The translations under genes and the position numbers were made by a program. The notes under the pieces were generated by a model that searched no databases, was not told the origin of the DNA, and saw nothing but the letters and a program-made list of their open reading frames with translations. Of a stretch of 64,000 nt of DNA, positions 1 through 15,200 are shown one piece after another (position 1 is the stretch's first letter; every line of letters starts with the position of its first letter). The stretch is taken from positions 186,001-250,000 of the forward strand of contig NC_134025.1 in the NCBI RefSeq assembly GCF_964204645.1, read 5' to 3'. This DNA comes from Tubulanus polymorphus (Eukaryota > Animalia > Nemertea).

Positions 1-199
1 GACTTCATCCACTGACCGAGGTTGTCACAAGGACACAATGAAAACTAGCACTCAAACTAGAAATCAAAGAGCGTGACAGTAGAATCATCCCTCAGCCGAC
101 TCAGAATACCAGAAACAAAGAGCGTGACAGTAGAATCATCCCTCATCCGGGCGGTCACAAGGACACAATGAATGCTAGTAGCGTGACAATCCAGTATAA

Positions 200-425
200 C
201 CGCTCCATTTGTATCCCGCGCAATCCCGCAGATATGCCCGTCATTGACATCACTCAGCACACTTTGTAGATAGGTGGGGGCAGTGAGGCCTCGTCATCCT
301 GGTTTTCGTGTTCCGTATGAGGGCGTGTAGAGGGCAGAATTTCCTGACCGACTCTTTGTCTGACATCCTCGACACATGACCGGCGAAGGAGAGCTGACGC
401 TTTCGGACATTAGTTTTGTTCCAGC
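200..425 (-). mobile_element. Degenerate 3' fragment of an RTE-like non-LTR retrotransposon ORF
   Basis: Joining minus-strand frames gives VRKRQLSFAGHVSRMSDKESVRKF / ALYTPSYGTRKPG / RPH. This resembles the 'RxRxLxFAGHxxRM...GxRxxGRP' C-terminal signature of RTE-clade ORFs. It is frameshifted and no RT core is present in the window. Confidence 0.6.
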
Positions 426-1739
426 AAACGTTGAAATTCGACAGAGAAATCGGCCCTGAAAAATAAAACGGGTTAATTGCTGAAAAATAGAACGGATTAA
501 TGAACACATAACAGTACAGGACAGCACAGAGACGAACAGTAACACATAAAACATAAAGACGTCGTTCCTCAGGAAGCAGGAACAGGAGCAGGAGCGGGAG
601 CGCAGCGAAAATCGCCAGGAGGAGAATCCACGGTAGCATGTTCACAGTGTGAGTGTGCAGAGGTGAATGGTCTATGCTTGTGTACACCGTGGTCAGCCGG
701 TTACGTATTCAATAGCGCGTGTCAGAATGATATCAACAACTCTGAATAGCCGCAATCGTGTCTCTATTGTTGAATGGGTTAACATTATGAAAGGTTCCCC
801 CGCCGAGTTGAATACGCGCCAGTAGTCAGCTGAACAATATAGTGGAGGAACTTTAATAAGGCCATGAAATAAATTACTTGATTCCCAACACTAACAGCTA
901 CCTCCGAATTTATTAGCCACCGCCTGTTTTTTTTTTCTTAAATTCTAGAATAATCTATAAATTATACCGACCGATAGCTCTTCAGTTAAAGATTCACACC
1001 AACACAGGTCTTCGATAACATAGAAACCGCGTAAACATTTACTAATGAAATTAGTTTATTTAGTCACATCTACGTAAGGACAGTTCATGCACCCCGAGAT
1101 AGCTATTAACTCACATCATGCACGAGGAAAGCGGTCTATATGAGTCATTGGGGGAAAACCCACTACCATGTATTCGTGCCCATCATCATGCTGTTACCAC
1201 AGGGATCCCGTCAATAGACAGATTTTCATTAAAAAATCCTTGATTCAATTGAGGGGAGACATGTTAGGCTTTTTTAATTACTGGGAGCACCGATCCTCCG
1301 AAATTCTGCCAAAAAACATCATTTTTACCACTAATAATTTGAAAAAAAATGTTTCTTTAATTTTGATACTGGATTAAACGGTTCATCATCGTGTAAATTT
1401 AGGAAAGTCCATATTAGAATTTCGTTTCTTGTTTAATAATAAAGAAACTTTTTTAAGAATCACATTTAGTTTTTGATGGATCTGTATTCCAGACTCAACA
1501 TCTGGACCACTCTGAATTGGTGGTTTCTAACCCAGGACCCCTGTACATCCTCAGCATCAGGACTAGTTAGTTACCTAATCGCTGGTGGTAAGCTTTTTAT
1601 AATCGGATGGGCTTATACCAACTATGGCAAATTACTCGTGAGTCAAATTGACTCACGAAAATTTAATTGAAAAATGACCTTTCCATTCCTGTGGTTTGTG
1701 AAAATATCCGATCGTGAAACTAAACCACAGTCAGGTTAC

Positions 1740-2262
1740 TGACTACATCAGGACCTCTCTGAACCAGTATCAGTAATTACTGGGTTTGAACCCGGGACAC
1801 CCCTGTACATCCTCTATTCAGCATCAGGACCTCTCTGAACCAGTATCATTAATTACTGGGTTTGAACCCGGGACACCCCTGTACATCCTCTATTCAGCAT
1901 CAGGACCACTCTGAATCAGTATCAGTAATTACTGGGTTCGAACCCGGGACACCCCTGTACATCCTCTATTCAGCATCAGGACCACTCTGAAATCGATCAG
2001 TAATGACTGGGTTCGAACCTGGGAAACCCTGTACATCCTCTGTTTGGCATCATGACCACTTTGCATCAGAGTCAGTAATTACTGGGTTCGAACCCAGGAC
2101 CCCCCATGTACATCCTCTATTCGGCATCAGGACCACTTTGTATCAGAGTCAGTTCGAACCCGGGACACGCCATGTACATCCTCTATTTGGCATCAGGACC
2201 GCTCTGAATCAGTATCAGTAATTACTGGGTTCGAACCCGGGACACGCCATGTACATCCTCTT
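1740..2262. repeat. 76-bp tandem satellite containing the Pol III B-box-like palindrome GGGTTCGAACCC (~7 copies)
   Basis: The unit cagcatcaggaccactctgaatcagtatcagtaattactgggttcgaacccgggacacccctgtacatcctctatt recurs at 76-nt spacing (1801, 1877, 1953). A degenerate copy lies at ~1500-1565. It is the reverse complement of the array at 45516-46225. Confidence 0.9.
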
Positions 2263-2644
2263 AGCCAGAGTCACTTGTTTTTTTAGAAGCAGATAAAACA
2301 GCTGGTTGTATACAGCAAAAGACAAGTGTTTATTATTGATTTGTTGTAAAGCTGTTTCACATGAAACACATTCTCTCTCACTCTATTTATATATCATAAT
2401 TAATTATCAGATAACTGCAAATATTGCCTCAAATATAGATATTAATTAGCACGAGTTAATTGAGTAATTAATTACACGTCATTAATTATTCATAATTATG
2501 CTGTTTTAATTGATTCTACAAAGAAACAACGAGAATGAAATTCAATAATTATCTGAATACTTAATTCAGTATAAACAAAATATCAATTTATGGCTCATTC
2601 ATTTGATACGTACGCAGTGTATACTGTAGGAAACATCGCTAAGT

Positions 2645-2760
2645 GGAGGGGCCCAGGGGGGTTGAAGGGGAGGGGCCAGGGGGTTTGAAGGGGAGGGGGC
2701 CCGGAGGGTTGAAGGGGAGGGGGCTGGGAGGGTTGAAGGGGAGGGGTCAGGGGGGTTGAA
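2645..2760. repeat. G-rich short tandem repeat (gggttgaaggggaggggc-like) in the HECTD1 3' UTR
   Basis: About five ~23-nt G-run units are directly visible. Confidence 0.7.
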
Positions 2761-3480
2761 AAATTCAAATTCTACACATACATATTAAATGAATGATCCT
2801 TCAATTCAACCCATTAAAACAACGAAAACCGGTTTAAAATAAATATCATCTACAGATAGAAATAGAAACTCCTATTACTAGACTGGGTTTAAACCTGGGG
2901 TTAACTTACATCACACAGTCACTAGCTCATTTAGACATAGGTTTAATTTAATATCGGTGCTTATTAATGAAACATAAAAATTGTGTCTCGAGTGTTTATA
3001 GTTTCTGAATAGAATATATAAATATTGTTATAGTTAATTCTTTCAGGAAAAAAAACAACATTTTACAAAACGAAATACAGAAATATTGATGAGAGAACCT
3101 TCATTGAAGCAAAAAGAAATTCATACAAACTCATTTTAAATACAATGTTCTCACGATGATCTAAATACATCGTAAACAGGTACGCCGTAACTAGTATTAA
3201 TACAATGTCACAAGTATGAATATATCGTAACTTGCATGAGCACAATGTAATAAGCATAATTATACATTGTAAGTAGTTACATCGTAACTATTACAAATAC
3301 ACAGTAACTAGAAGGTATACATTGTAACTAATTCAAATACGATGTTAACTAGTATGAATACAGCGTAACAGGTAAGAATACAATGTAACTAGTACGAATG
3401 CAATGTCACGAGTAAGATTACAATGTAACATTCTATCACAATTGATGTCACAGTTAAACACAGCAGTTATAAACGGTCGT

Positions 3481-6400
3481 TTAATTCAGATGAAATCCTT
3501 TCTCTTTAGTCGCTGCTAGTAATCTATTACGCATGATTTCTTCATTTGAATATTCAGGTAATTTAAGATAATGAACACATGTATTAACGGAAGGATAACT
3601 TCCATCTTTACCGTCAACCTTACGAACTATAGTTAAACGTGGGTGTAAGTTAGCGAGGCCACCTGGTGGTAACGATGAACAACCGGTAGTGAACTGTAAG
3701 AACGCTTTACGCTCGTCTCCTGACATGTTCACCAGTACATTCACAAACCTCTGGAATCCGGCGCTACAAATAAAATCAATTACAACATCAATATAATTAT
3801 TCTGTTTTGATTTGAATTTGTTATAAACAGTAATCATAGTTACAGTTCTACGGACTCATTACTTACCTTTCTTTAGTGTAACCGAGTTTCGGTTCGGTGT
3901 AGTTGAGAATGTCGTCTCTAGTCCAGGAAGGAGCCTGATCGCCGCAAAGTTTCACTTGTAATTCACTTGGACTGAATGAATACAATTTCTCTAACGGGAA
4001 AACCAAATCAAACCCGGCTACAAAATAATACAATATTTATTTAACTACAATCAGAAGAATGTCGGTAAAAGGGTTGAAACAGCATCACCCAGTTCCACAA
4101 TTCCACATTTAATATTTTATCTCTACAGTAGAACCTCGAACTGGGTCCTCGAGTTGAGATTTGACACGAATGAACAAGTGAACTGTGAATCCGGGATCCG
4201 ACTGATGACTGTATAGATGAAGGGTCACACGTACCTTTGAATGAATCCATTTGTTTACGAATTCCAGAATTCAAACATAAACTCAAAACTAAATCGACAT
4301 ATTCTTCTATATTATCAATAGTTACTTCTTCATCTTCTCCGTTTGGTTTTAATTCGATTGAATCAAATCCATAAATTCTTGATGATGGATTGTATTGAAA
4401 TGTTAACCTATAAATAAATACAACTTATAATTCATATGTGTTCAGTACAATCAGTATCCAGTAACATACGGTCATTATTCCAATCAAAACACAGGTCCTT
4501 ATAGAACTAAAATGAACTTAGACTGGTCTTTAGTTGTTAAATTGGTTATAGAACCAGCAAGAGCTTAGACTGGTTCTACATCTAAGCCTTGACTGTGAAA
4601 CTGAGCTCAATGTTGGCAGATCAATGTACAAATTTGTATTCTAAAGTCAAATATAGTAAGGCAGGAAATAAACGGAGCGTGAAATTCTTACCCGAGATCC
4701 TCTAATTTAACATATCCACCTCCGGATGGACTCTTCAGAGCCAAGTTGTTCAGATTCGCGCGTTTTTCCTGCTCTTTCAACGTTTCATCTTTGAGAATTT
4801 TCTGTTTCCTAGCGACGAGTTGTTTTAATTGACGAATGAACCGAGCGCGATGCGGGTTGATCACTTCGAAATCCTCGATTCCTAAAACTCCGGTAAACCA
4901 CGGTTTAGAGAGATTGTTGGGTAAATCAGAGAGTAGTAGAGTCTCGCACGAATCACGTGGAATATGATCTAATTGATCGGTTATATGACGACCTACTTCA
5001 CCGCGACACATCATCTTTAACATCGGACGTGATAGCGGTATATCGACTAGACGATTATCCTGGATCGATTTCGCTAGGAATATTCCTAACGTGTGGAATA
5101 AACGTTCGGCTGTCTCGATATCCGGAGAATCTTGAGGTAACGGAGCCGGAAATAATCCACCGATACGCTGTACGTAATAACCAGCAGGTTTTACACCGTG
5201 ACCTATATCAACCTAAAACATACAATAAAACATAACCTGATTAAAATGGAAATACTCATTGTGACTCGAAACCGGTGACAACTTCAGTCATGAGACTAGA
5301 ATTCTAAAATGGATCTATATCAACCTACAGCAATATATCGACCTATCATAATATCTAATGTCATTAGTAAATATAGTGAAACTCGCTGCCAGCTGCTGCT
5401 GCTGCCGCCGCTGCTGTCATTGTAGTTGTAAAGATGACTTACCCAAATAACCATTTACACCAAAGAACTTGATTTAGAAATACAAATTGGAACTCAAACA
5501 TAGAGATAACTTTAGTAATATGATGACTAAACCAGTTTCACTGTATCATAGTTTAAACTGTTTGTAAAACAATCTAATGTCTAAATAAAACTGCCTCTGA
5601 TTGGTCTATATGAGTAGTATTTAAGTGAACCGACCAATAAGAATGAAGGATACATACATCACGTTCAGTATCATTATGTTCGTCATCGTCACACAACCAA
5701 ATCGCTAATTGTTTCTTCTGATATTCAGCAGCTAACAATGCATAGAATTCTAATGTAGGACCTAAACCAGTTCCTTCTTCATTTACAAACTCTATCTGTT
5801 ATTGAATATAAATACAAACATCAATCATTGACAGAAAATAGAGAACCTTAATATCAACAGGATCATATAGGGCACTGTGCGTGTCTCTCCTGACTCCTAC
5901 CTCTCTCCTACCTCTCCACACCTCTCCTGACTCCCCCACCTCTCTCTCCTCTCTCCCCCACCTCTCCTGACTCCCCCACCTCTCTCTCCTGACTCCCCCA
6001 CCCCTCTCTCCTTCACCTCTCTCTCCTCTCTCCACACCTCTCTCTCCTCTCTCCCCCACCTCTCCACACCTCTCCTGACTCCCCCACCTCTCTCTCCTCT
6101 CTCCCCCACCTCTCTCTCCTGACTCCCCCACCTCTCTCTCCCCCACCTCTCCTCTCTCCCCCACCTCTCCACACCTCTCCTGACTCCCCCACCTCTCTCT
6201 CCTCTCTCCTTCACCTCTCCCCTCTCTCCTCTCTCCCACCTCTCTCTCCTCTCTCCCCCACCTCTCTCTCCTCTCTCCTCTCTCCACACCTCTCCTGACT
6301 CCCCCACCTCTCTCTCCTCTCTCCCCCACCTCTCTCTCCTCTCTCCCCCACCTCTCTCTCCTCTCTCCCCCACCTCTCTCTCCTCTCTCCCCCACCTCTC

Positions 6401-9202
6401 CACACCTCTCCTGACTCCCCCACCTCTCTCTCCTCTCTCCCCCACCTCTCTCTCCTCTCTCCCCCACCTCTCCACACCTCTCCTGACTCCCCCACCTCTC
6501 TCTCCTCTCTCCCCCACCTCTCTCTCCTCTCTCCCCCACCTCTCTCTCCTCTCTCCCCCACCTCTCCACACCTCTCCTGACTCCCCCACCTCTCTCTCCT
6601 CTCTCCCCCACCTCTCCTGACTCCCCCACCTCTCTCTCCTGACTCCCCCACCTCTCTCTCCTCTCTCCCACCTCTCTCTCCTCTCTCCCCACCTCTCCAC
6701 ACCTCTCCTGACTCCCCCACCTCTCTCTCCTCTCTCCTCTCTCCTTCACCTCTCTCTCCTCTCTCCTCTCTCCCCTCTCTCCTCTCTCCCCCACCTCTCT
6801 CTCCTCTCTCCCCCACCTCTCTCTCCTCTCTCCCCCACCTCTCCTGACTCCCCCACCTCTCTCTCCTCTCTCCTTCACCTCTCCCCTCTCTCCTCTCTCC
6901 CCCACCTCTCTCTCCTCTCTCCCCCACCTCTCCACACCTCTCCTGACTCCCCCACCCTCTCTCCTCTCTCCCCCACCTCTCTCTCCTCTCTCCTCTCTCC
7001 CCTCTCTCCTCACACTTTGTCTCTCTCTCCTCTCTCCTTCACCTCTCTCTCCTCTCTCCTCTCTCCCCTCTCTCCTCTCTCCCCCACCTCTCTCTCCTCT
7101 CTCCCCACCTCTCCACACCTCTCCTGACTCCCCCACCTCTCTCTCCTCTCTCCCCCACCTCTCTCTCCTCTCTCCCCCACCTCTCTCTCCTCTCTCCCCC
7201 ACCTCTCCCCCACCTCTCTCTCCTCTCTCCCCCACCTCTCTCTCCTCTCTCCCCCACCTCTCCACACCTCTCCTGACTCCCCCACCTCTCTCTCCTCTCT
7301 CCTTCACCTCTCTCTCCTCTCTCCTCTCTCCCCTCTCTCCTCTCTCCCCCACCTCTCTCTCCTCTCTCCCCCACCTCTCCACACCTCTCCTGACTCCCCC
7401 CACCTCTCTCTCCTCTCTCCCCCACCTCTCTCTCCTCTCTCCTCTCTCCCCTCTCTCCTCACACTTTGTCTCTCTCTCCTCTCTCCTTCACCTCTCTCTC
7501 CTCTCTCCTCTCTCCCCTCTCTCCTCTCTCCCCCACCTCTCTCTCCTCTCTCCCCACCTCTCCACACCTCTCCTGACTCCCCCACCTCTCTCTCCTCTCT
7601 CCTCTCTCCTTCACCTCTCTCTCCTCTCTCCTCTCTCCCCTCTCTCCTCTCTCCCCCCACCTCTCTCTCCTCTCTCCCCACCTCTCCACACCTCTCCTGA
7701 CTCCCCCACCTCTCCCTTTCCTCCCCCTCTCTCCCCCACCTCTCCCCTACCTCTGCACACCTCCTGTAAGTGAAGTCTTACCTCTAATATAGCTTTACGT
7801 TCAGCATGATGTTTCATTAAATTTACGCTCCAATCCAATAATTTATCACCGCGTGGAATTTTAACGCGTTCATGTTTCAATCGTCCGACTCGGAAATCAT
7901 TAGCGTCGTCACGGTTACGAGAGGTCGGTCCTCTGTTGCGATCTAAAGCGGCGTCTCGTTTATTCTGTAACCAGACGATCGCTCTGTAACCAATGAAATA
8001 CCGTTAATAAAAACATAACTATTAAAGAATAGGGTGAATTGTGACGGAAGCGCGGAGTTACCTGGAAGCTCCGTAAGCCGTTGTGTTGAAATAAAGAGAT
8101 CGAGTTTCAAATGGGAACAACATCGGACACCATTTAGTGAGTTTCTCACACCAATCAGGCAAGGCACCGCTGGCTAATACTAATGGATCCTAAACAATTA
8201 CAATACAAACATTATAGTTCAATAACATCATCACAATCAGTGGCGGCGGCTGCTGCTGCTGCCGCTGATCAATATAGAATATTGTATTTTACAAACCTGA
8301 ATTTGTTGAACGAGTTTGTTTGTGATTTTCTTGCTGGAGAATTCTTCTGATTTTACGTTTGGCTGCGGAACTGATTCTGAATATAGTAATAATATACAAT
8401 TAAAGGGTGTTTATAAAACCCCTTCCTCTGCATGGGTGAGGGGGTGTTTAAGATACCCTCTCCTGATGGGTGAGGGGGTGTTTTAGATACCCTCTCTCCT
8501 GATGGGTGAGGGGGTGTTTTAGATACCCTCTCTCCTGATGGGTGAGGGGGTGTTTTAGATACCCTCTCTCCTGATGGGTGAGGGGGTGTTTTAGATACCC
8601 TCTCTCCTGATGGGTGAGGGGTTGTTTTAGATACCCTCTCTCCTGATGGGTGTGTGTATGAAGCGCGGTAATGAAGTGTAGTTTTTACCTGTAAGTTTAG
8701 AAGGTCCACGTTCCATCGATATTGCATAGAGTAATTGACTTAATTGTAGTACGTCTTCTACACTACAGGCGGCGTCACCGAGGCATAAAGCATCGCTCTC
8801 ACTGACTAACCGTTCTCGACCGGTTTTAACCGCATTCGGCAATGTCTGACATTTCAGGAAAATCCTACAAAACAGCAATAATAACACAAAACATGACACA
8901 AAACTGATTTTAAAACATTTACGATGAAAACAAGGGAGAAAAGTGAAAGAAAGAATAGAGGAGATTTTAGGAAAGTTTTCCAATTTCACACAAATCATAA
9001 CGAACTAAAAGTATCCACAAACGTATTCAAGATTAACATAACACAGTAACAAATAGGGGGAGGAGGGGAGGGAGGGGAGGAGGGGAGGGAGGAGGGGAGG
9101 GAGGGGGGTTAAAAGGGAGCTGCTGCTGGTAAACATGCATTTCAGCTATTAGTGAAATAAAATAAACCTAAAATATAACTGACCACTGGTTTATACCATA
9201 CA

Positions 9203-9293
<91 letters not shown>

Positions 9294-12200
9294 TACACTA
9301 CACTACACTTCACTGCTACACTACACTACACTACACTGTACTATGGTATAGAGGTATACACTGAGTCTGGTATACAAGAGTTTGGTATCCGTTTATATAT
9401 AATACTAATAGATATAGATATATATATATATACATCATAGAGTACACATAATATGAGCTAGTGAACCTGATCTAAAGTTCAACCATCTGCGTAGCTAGGT
9501 TTAAAACTAACTAGGTTTATAGGTCGTAGGTCGTGAGTTGACAGCTCATATTATCAGTATCAGTATATAGAGTAAGGCTAACCTGATAGGCAGCAACAAG
9601 TTGAGAACAATTATGAGTTTTACGGATATTTTTACTGCTTCCAATAAGTTTCCATCGACGTAGGAAAACGTGATCAGCGTTTTGTCGAATGAAATTAATT
9701 ACATCAGATTTAGGCAGCTGTTCGGTGCCCAGGTGATCGTTAATGTAAGATGTCGACCAATATTCCTGTAATATCGCAGAAAAACTATTTCAGGAAATTC
9801 ATCGAGTCAATTGTTTTATTAGTTGAACCAGTTGACAACTAACTTATCTAACCCTTCAGTGACTGACACCCAGCATCCAGTTCCACAACTTGGTTCAGTT
9901 TGAAGTTCATTCATGATATTTGTAACTGTGACACCGTGGAATGGATGCTGGTTTGTGTCTATCAGACATTCTTCATTAAATCTTTCCTTTGTTACCATTC
10001 TTAACTTCAGGGTAAAAGTCAATTTCTAATCAGATTCGTTTTGAAATAATTTCTAATCAGCATTAGACGAGAAAGCAAGCGACGTGGTACTTAAAGCAGA
10101 CACTAGGGGGCGCTCAATACACAATCACAAACAAACATGAGAGACAGACAGTGAGAAAGATTTCTATTCATACAAGCCATGTATTAGTACTGTAGAATAT
10201 ATGCAATGAGGGTTTCATTCCTCACAGGAGAAAACAGGTTTCTCTCCCAGAGGCGGAGGGGTCACAGAGTTCATACTCCGGAGAGAGGGCAGACGGATTC
10301 AAATATGTAGGTCACTCGCTCCACAAACCGTGCCATGCAAAATAGTGAAGCTTTATAGTATTGAAGAGTACTCAAATTACACAACATTTCAGCATTAAAT
10401 ATTACTCAAATTTACTTGATTACTCACCCCTGAATATTCAGCCTCTAAAATCCTCTTTTCTTCGGGTTTCAATTCCTTATAAACAATTCTGAAATAAAGA
10501 CGACAAAATCAATCGAAACGGTTTCTCCATTTTCACAAGCAATTTGAACTAAGAGTTAAGAAGGAGGAGAGAGATGATGAAATATTTACGTGTAAGTTGG
10601 TTCCCAGATCCGTTTCAATCTCTCAGATCGGCTGCTACTCGGTCCTTGTATCATTAACTGTTGCACGTATTTGAATATCGTATCGTGGCTGTCCTTTAGA
10701 TAAATCTCTGAATCTGGCAACTGAAACATTAATTACAATCATTAAACAATGAACACATTAGAACAGATCGGAGGCTGATAAACTATACTTACTCCCGGTA
10801 ATCCGGGTCCCTTCAGGAACAACGCTAGTCGAGGCTGATTAATGTTATCATCTTCAGGAGTACTAGTGGCGCCTTCTATACCTGAAATAATAGCCGTATA
10901 TATTAGAATCACACATCAACGAGAATTGACTCTGGAGTCAGAGTTGCGTAAATCAGGGGCTGCAGTTGCTCAAAAATTGGTTTATGATAACCAGTGGATA
11001 AATACTGCAGTTACGATGAACTTTTAATTGTCGCTATGTCAACTATCCACTGGTTAACTCTAACCAACCATTGAGCGACTGGCCCGAGACTCAGGAGTGA
11101 TTGACTGACCTGGTTGAGGTATTTCGAAGTCCTGCGTCTGCGGTACATTAGTACGTCCTGGTCTCGGGTCGAACGCAGGAATTAAAGCTGAAAATTGACG
11201 TTTTAAAACGAACTCATCGTCCCACGTTCTCCTTCTTCCTCCTTGAACGTCATATTCTTCCTCCTCCTGCATAAAACATAAATTCTAAACATATTTAATA
11301 GAAAACCCTTAAAACGGACTGATTCACTCTAAAACATAGATAATCAACTACAGAAGACCCTGTGTGTCATAGTTCTGAACTGACAGTTCCACAAATCTCA
11401 CGAGAAATTTGAGTTAAAACATTGTATTCACAAATATCTTACAGTTACAAAGACAATATTTCAATATTTTGCAGATTACAATTGATGAATGATATATTTT
11501 CATTTTTCTGTTGTTGAGCTTCAGTTAAAATCTTGATACGTTAGAATTAATTTATCCACCGTCAATTGTGAGATCACATCAGTTGGGCAATTCCAAATGA
11601 GTAACCACGACGATAACTGACACAATTCAAACTTACAATTCCGTCCTCATATTCATCATCATCTTCATTTTCATCGTCGATGTCATCATCGTCATCGTCC
11701 GGGTCGGGTAATTCATCCTCTAATTCAGCGAGTAAACTGGTAGCTCGACACGTTTCTAGGAAGTCGTTATCGCTCTCACTGGACGTCGATGTTAAACTCA
11801 TTGTTAAAGCCTGACTCAATGAAGTCACGTTCCCGACTGCGTTTGATGATGTTAATGTATTCGATGTTCCCGATGAATTACTACACGTCAGGTTCGGGTA
11901 ACTTTGAGCTTGACTTAATAAATTACTTCCTGAAAGACATAACCCGCCTAAAACAACGGTAATATTAAACATGTAGTTTATCTGTCCATCCTGATGAGGT
12001 GGGGGTCCTAGGATCCAGTTTCTATAGTTGTCCCTTCAGTTTAAATCTGTTCATTTGCTTTATTTTGACACAATTGTTTTCCCTGTTTCTCTTCACATCC
12101 TGTTGGGGGAGGGGGAGTCAGAATGTAGCATTGAAACAGAACCCCGTCTAATAGGGTTAGATCATCTTTTGAAGTTTTTAAATCATCAATAAAACATAAT

Positions 12201-15200
12201 CTATCCACGGAATTCTATCATAACTGATTGTATTTCTATTGTGTCAAGAGAATAGAACTATCAGAGTTAAGAGCAAATGTTTGATGATATATTGATATAG
12301 AAATGAAATAATGACTTACTGTTTGAATTAGCTGCTAAAGCTAACCTCGCTAAACTGCTCATATTACTGCTTCTAGTCATATTGTTATTACCACGATTTC
12401 TGCGTAGAACAGCAGAGAACGATTCTAACAAACTGACCGTCTGCTCCGTGCTGCTCGGGAGGTTCGGAACGCTGACGCTCATCGGATTAGTCGGAGAGGT
12501 TCTCGTAGGTCCGTCTGCCGACGCTTTCTTAGCGTCTGCCGCTGTAGCTTTCATCGTTACTTCTTTATTGACAACGTTATTAACCGATTGTTGTACAGGA
12601 GCGCCACCTACAGCTCCTTCCTCAGTACCGTCCTCGCTGCAGTGTACGACGACCGCTTCTAGAAGATTCTCAGAAATATCTTCAGAATCAACGCGTACTT
12701 TAACGGTAGAATTCTCATTGACTAAACTCAATACATTCTCAGCAACACTACGAGCCGCCTGTAATCAGAGAACAACTCAGTGAGTGAGGGAACAGGGGAA
12801 TGGAGAGGTGCAGGGAGTGGAGAGGGAGCAGGGAAATGGAGTGGGAGAGGGGTGTGGAAGGGGAGAAGGGAAATAGAGTGGGAGAGGGGTGTGGAAGGGG
12901 AGCAGGGAGTGGAGGGAGAGGAATGAAAACTTACAGCTTTAACGTGAGCTGTCAGATTCTCAGCAGACGCTGCTTGTTCAGTACTGGATACAGAAACCTT
13001 TGATTCAGAAACATCGCTTAAACTCGGAGTTGAATTACTCTTACGACTTGTCAGAGAACTCGACTAAAATAAACAAATCAATCAAATCAATCGATCAATC
13101 AATCAATCGGTGATCAATTGAGGAGCGAGCGGTCTTTACTACTTACTCGTTTAGCCGGTTCAGCACCAGGTGGCGCGTTATTAGACGATGATTTTTTATT
13201 CACGGTCACCACGGTGATATCTTTAACGACCGATTGTTGAACTAGTTTATCGGGATCGTGAGACGCAGCGAGTTGTAAATCATATTTGCCTTCAGCTCCG
13301 ATACGATACGAGTTTGAACCACCGGAATCCCACGTCACATCAATCCAACCTGATCAACAGCAGACGGATATTAATTTGTGGAGAATAAGAGAAATATTCC
13401 TGGACTCACAGTTCTCAAGTTAGAATACTGAACTAAACTTAACCGACAACCCTGTGGAACTTAGAGTTTAAGACTAAAACCATCTTGGCTCTATAGCTAA
13501 TCTAACAACTAAAGACCAGTCTTAAGGTTTAGGACTTAAGTCACAAATGTACAAATGGGTCCTGGCCTCACTCTTTACTTAGTATAATTTAATTTCCAAT
13601 CGTTTCATTAATTCACAACTGTGGAACTGGGTTCCGAACTGTGGAACTGGGATCTGAAGTTTAATTTTCTCTGAAATCATTTTGATTGAAATAGTTTCAC
13701 ATACCATTGTGTAATTCACCGGTAACTGTACCCTCACCGGGTGGTATACCATCCTGATCGCGCCATTTCCAATCCATACCACGTACAACCCGAGCACCCG
13801 GTACCATCTGTTTTAACACCTGAGTTCTCAACAATCGACGTTGTTTACGCAGATTTGCTTCGGCTTCTTTCGCTGCTTTACCTTAAATACGTGAGAGAGA
13901 GATGAGAGTGAGCAGAGAGTGTGAGCAGAGAGCAGGGGAGAGGAGAGTGAGGGGAGAGAGAGGAGAGTGAGGGGAGCGGAGAGAGGGAGGAGAAAGAGAG
14001 GGGAGAGAGACGGGAGAGAGGGAGAGAGAGGGGGAGGGAGGGAGAGATGAGAGTGAGCAGAGAGAGGGGAGAGGAAGAGTGAGGGGAGCAGAGAGGGGGA
14101 GAGAGGGGAGGGAGACAGCAGGAGGAGAGGAGAGCAGGGGGAGAGAGGAGAGTGGGCAGAGGGAGAGAGGAGAGGGGGGAGAGGGGAGAGAGGAGAGAAA
14201 GGAGGGGTAGGAGAGAGTGAAAGCATAAGGTTGATAAGGGTCGCACGTACCTATATCATCACATACACCAGTAACAGTTCCATAAATCTCAAACCCAGAT
14301 AATGATAAATAATGCGTCTGCCCGCTGGCGTTCTTTCCTGTCTGTTGTAATCTGATATGTCTCCAACCTTGTTTCTCATCAGAGGGCGCTTCAATCGGCC
14401 ACGATGCAGTCGAACTATAAACAGATGAATCAAACATTGAAATCATTCATTAACTAATAACATAACAATATCAATGGGGAGAGGGGGTTGATTCATGGAG
14501 GGGGAGGGGGTTTATTCATACCCAGGTTCATTTAGTGATGTATCATCTACATGATTATATAAACTCAACCACGTCTGTCCATCTTTAGACACTTGAAATT
14601 GCCAATTTCTTAAAGCTGAACGACTGCAAATAAGAGAAATAATGATCGTGTTTATAAAAGCTGAATAAATGATTAATTGTACAAGTTGTCTTGTAGAGGT
14701 GCCGTGGTAGTACTGGTAACCAATCTCTACAAGATTTTCTTCATCGTGAAAACTTAACAGTGCTGCCATTGATTGATTGATATGCAGGGCTGCCAACCTC
14801 TGAAATGTACTATTAGTAACAAATTGAATTATTTTCAGTAACATTTCATTGAAATATGAAAGAAAATGTTCAAATTAATCAGTAATCAACAGTAAGACCC
14901 TCAGTAACATCTCTCATATTCCTGTATGCATCAAACAAATCTAATCAGTATTTTTCATCATAAAAGAGTAACAAATACTGAAAATCAATAACAGTTGGCA
15001 GCTCTGGATGTACGTAATGAGTTAGTGATGCTCACCTGCCATATCCTCGAGCATGTCTGAGAGTATATGACGTGGGTATTACCCATAATCCTAAATCAAT
15101 AGCAAACCACGCTTTCCTAAAATAACATAAAACAAACATACTTCAATCTAACAGCCCTTAAAATCAGATGATATTTTGAAATTTGAATTTGAACTGTTAT

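Noticed and set aside
5646-5660. U12-type donor look-alike GTATCCTT in HECTD1
   Set aside because: The frame-preserving donor is GAT|gtatgt 4 nt upstream (TERD|VDIGHG). Using GTATCCTT would frameshift.
5799-7880. G/E/R-rich ORFs (and L/S/P-rich ORFs at 13.8-14.4 kb and 37.7-38.5 kb)
   Set aside because: They are low-complexity CT/AG tracts within introns.
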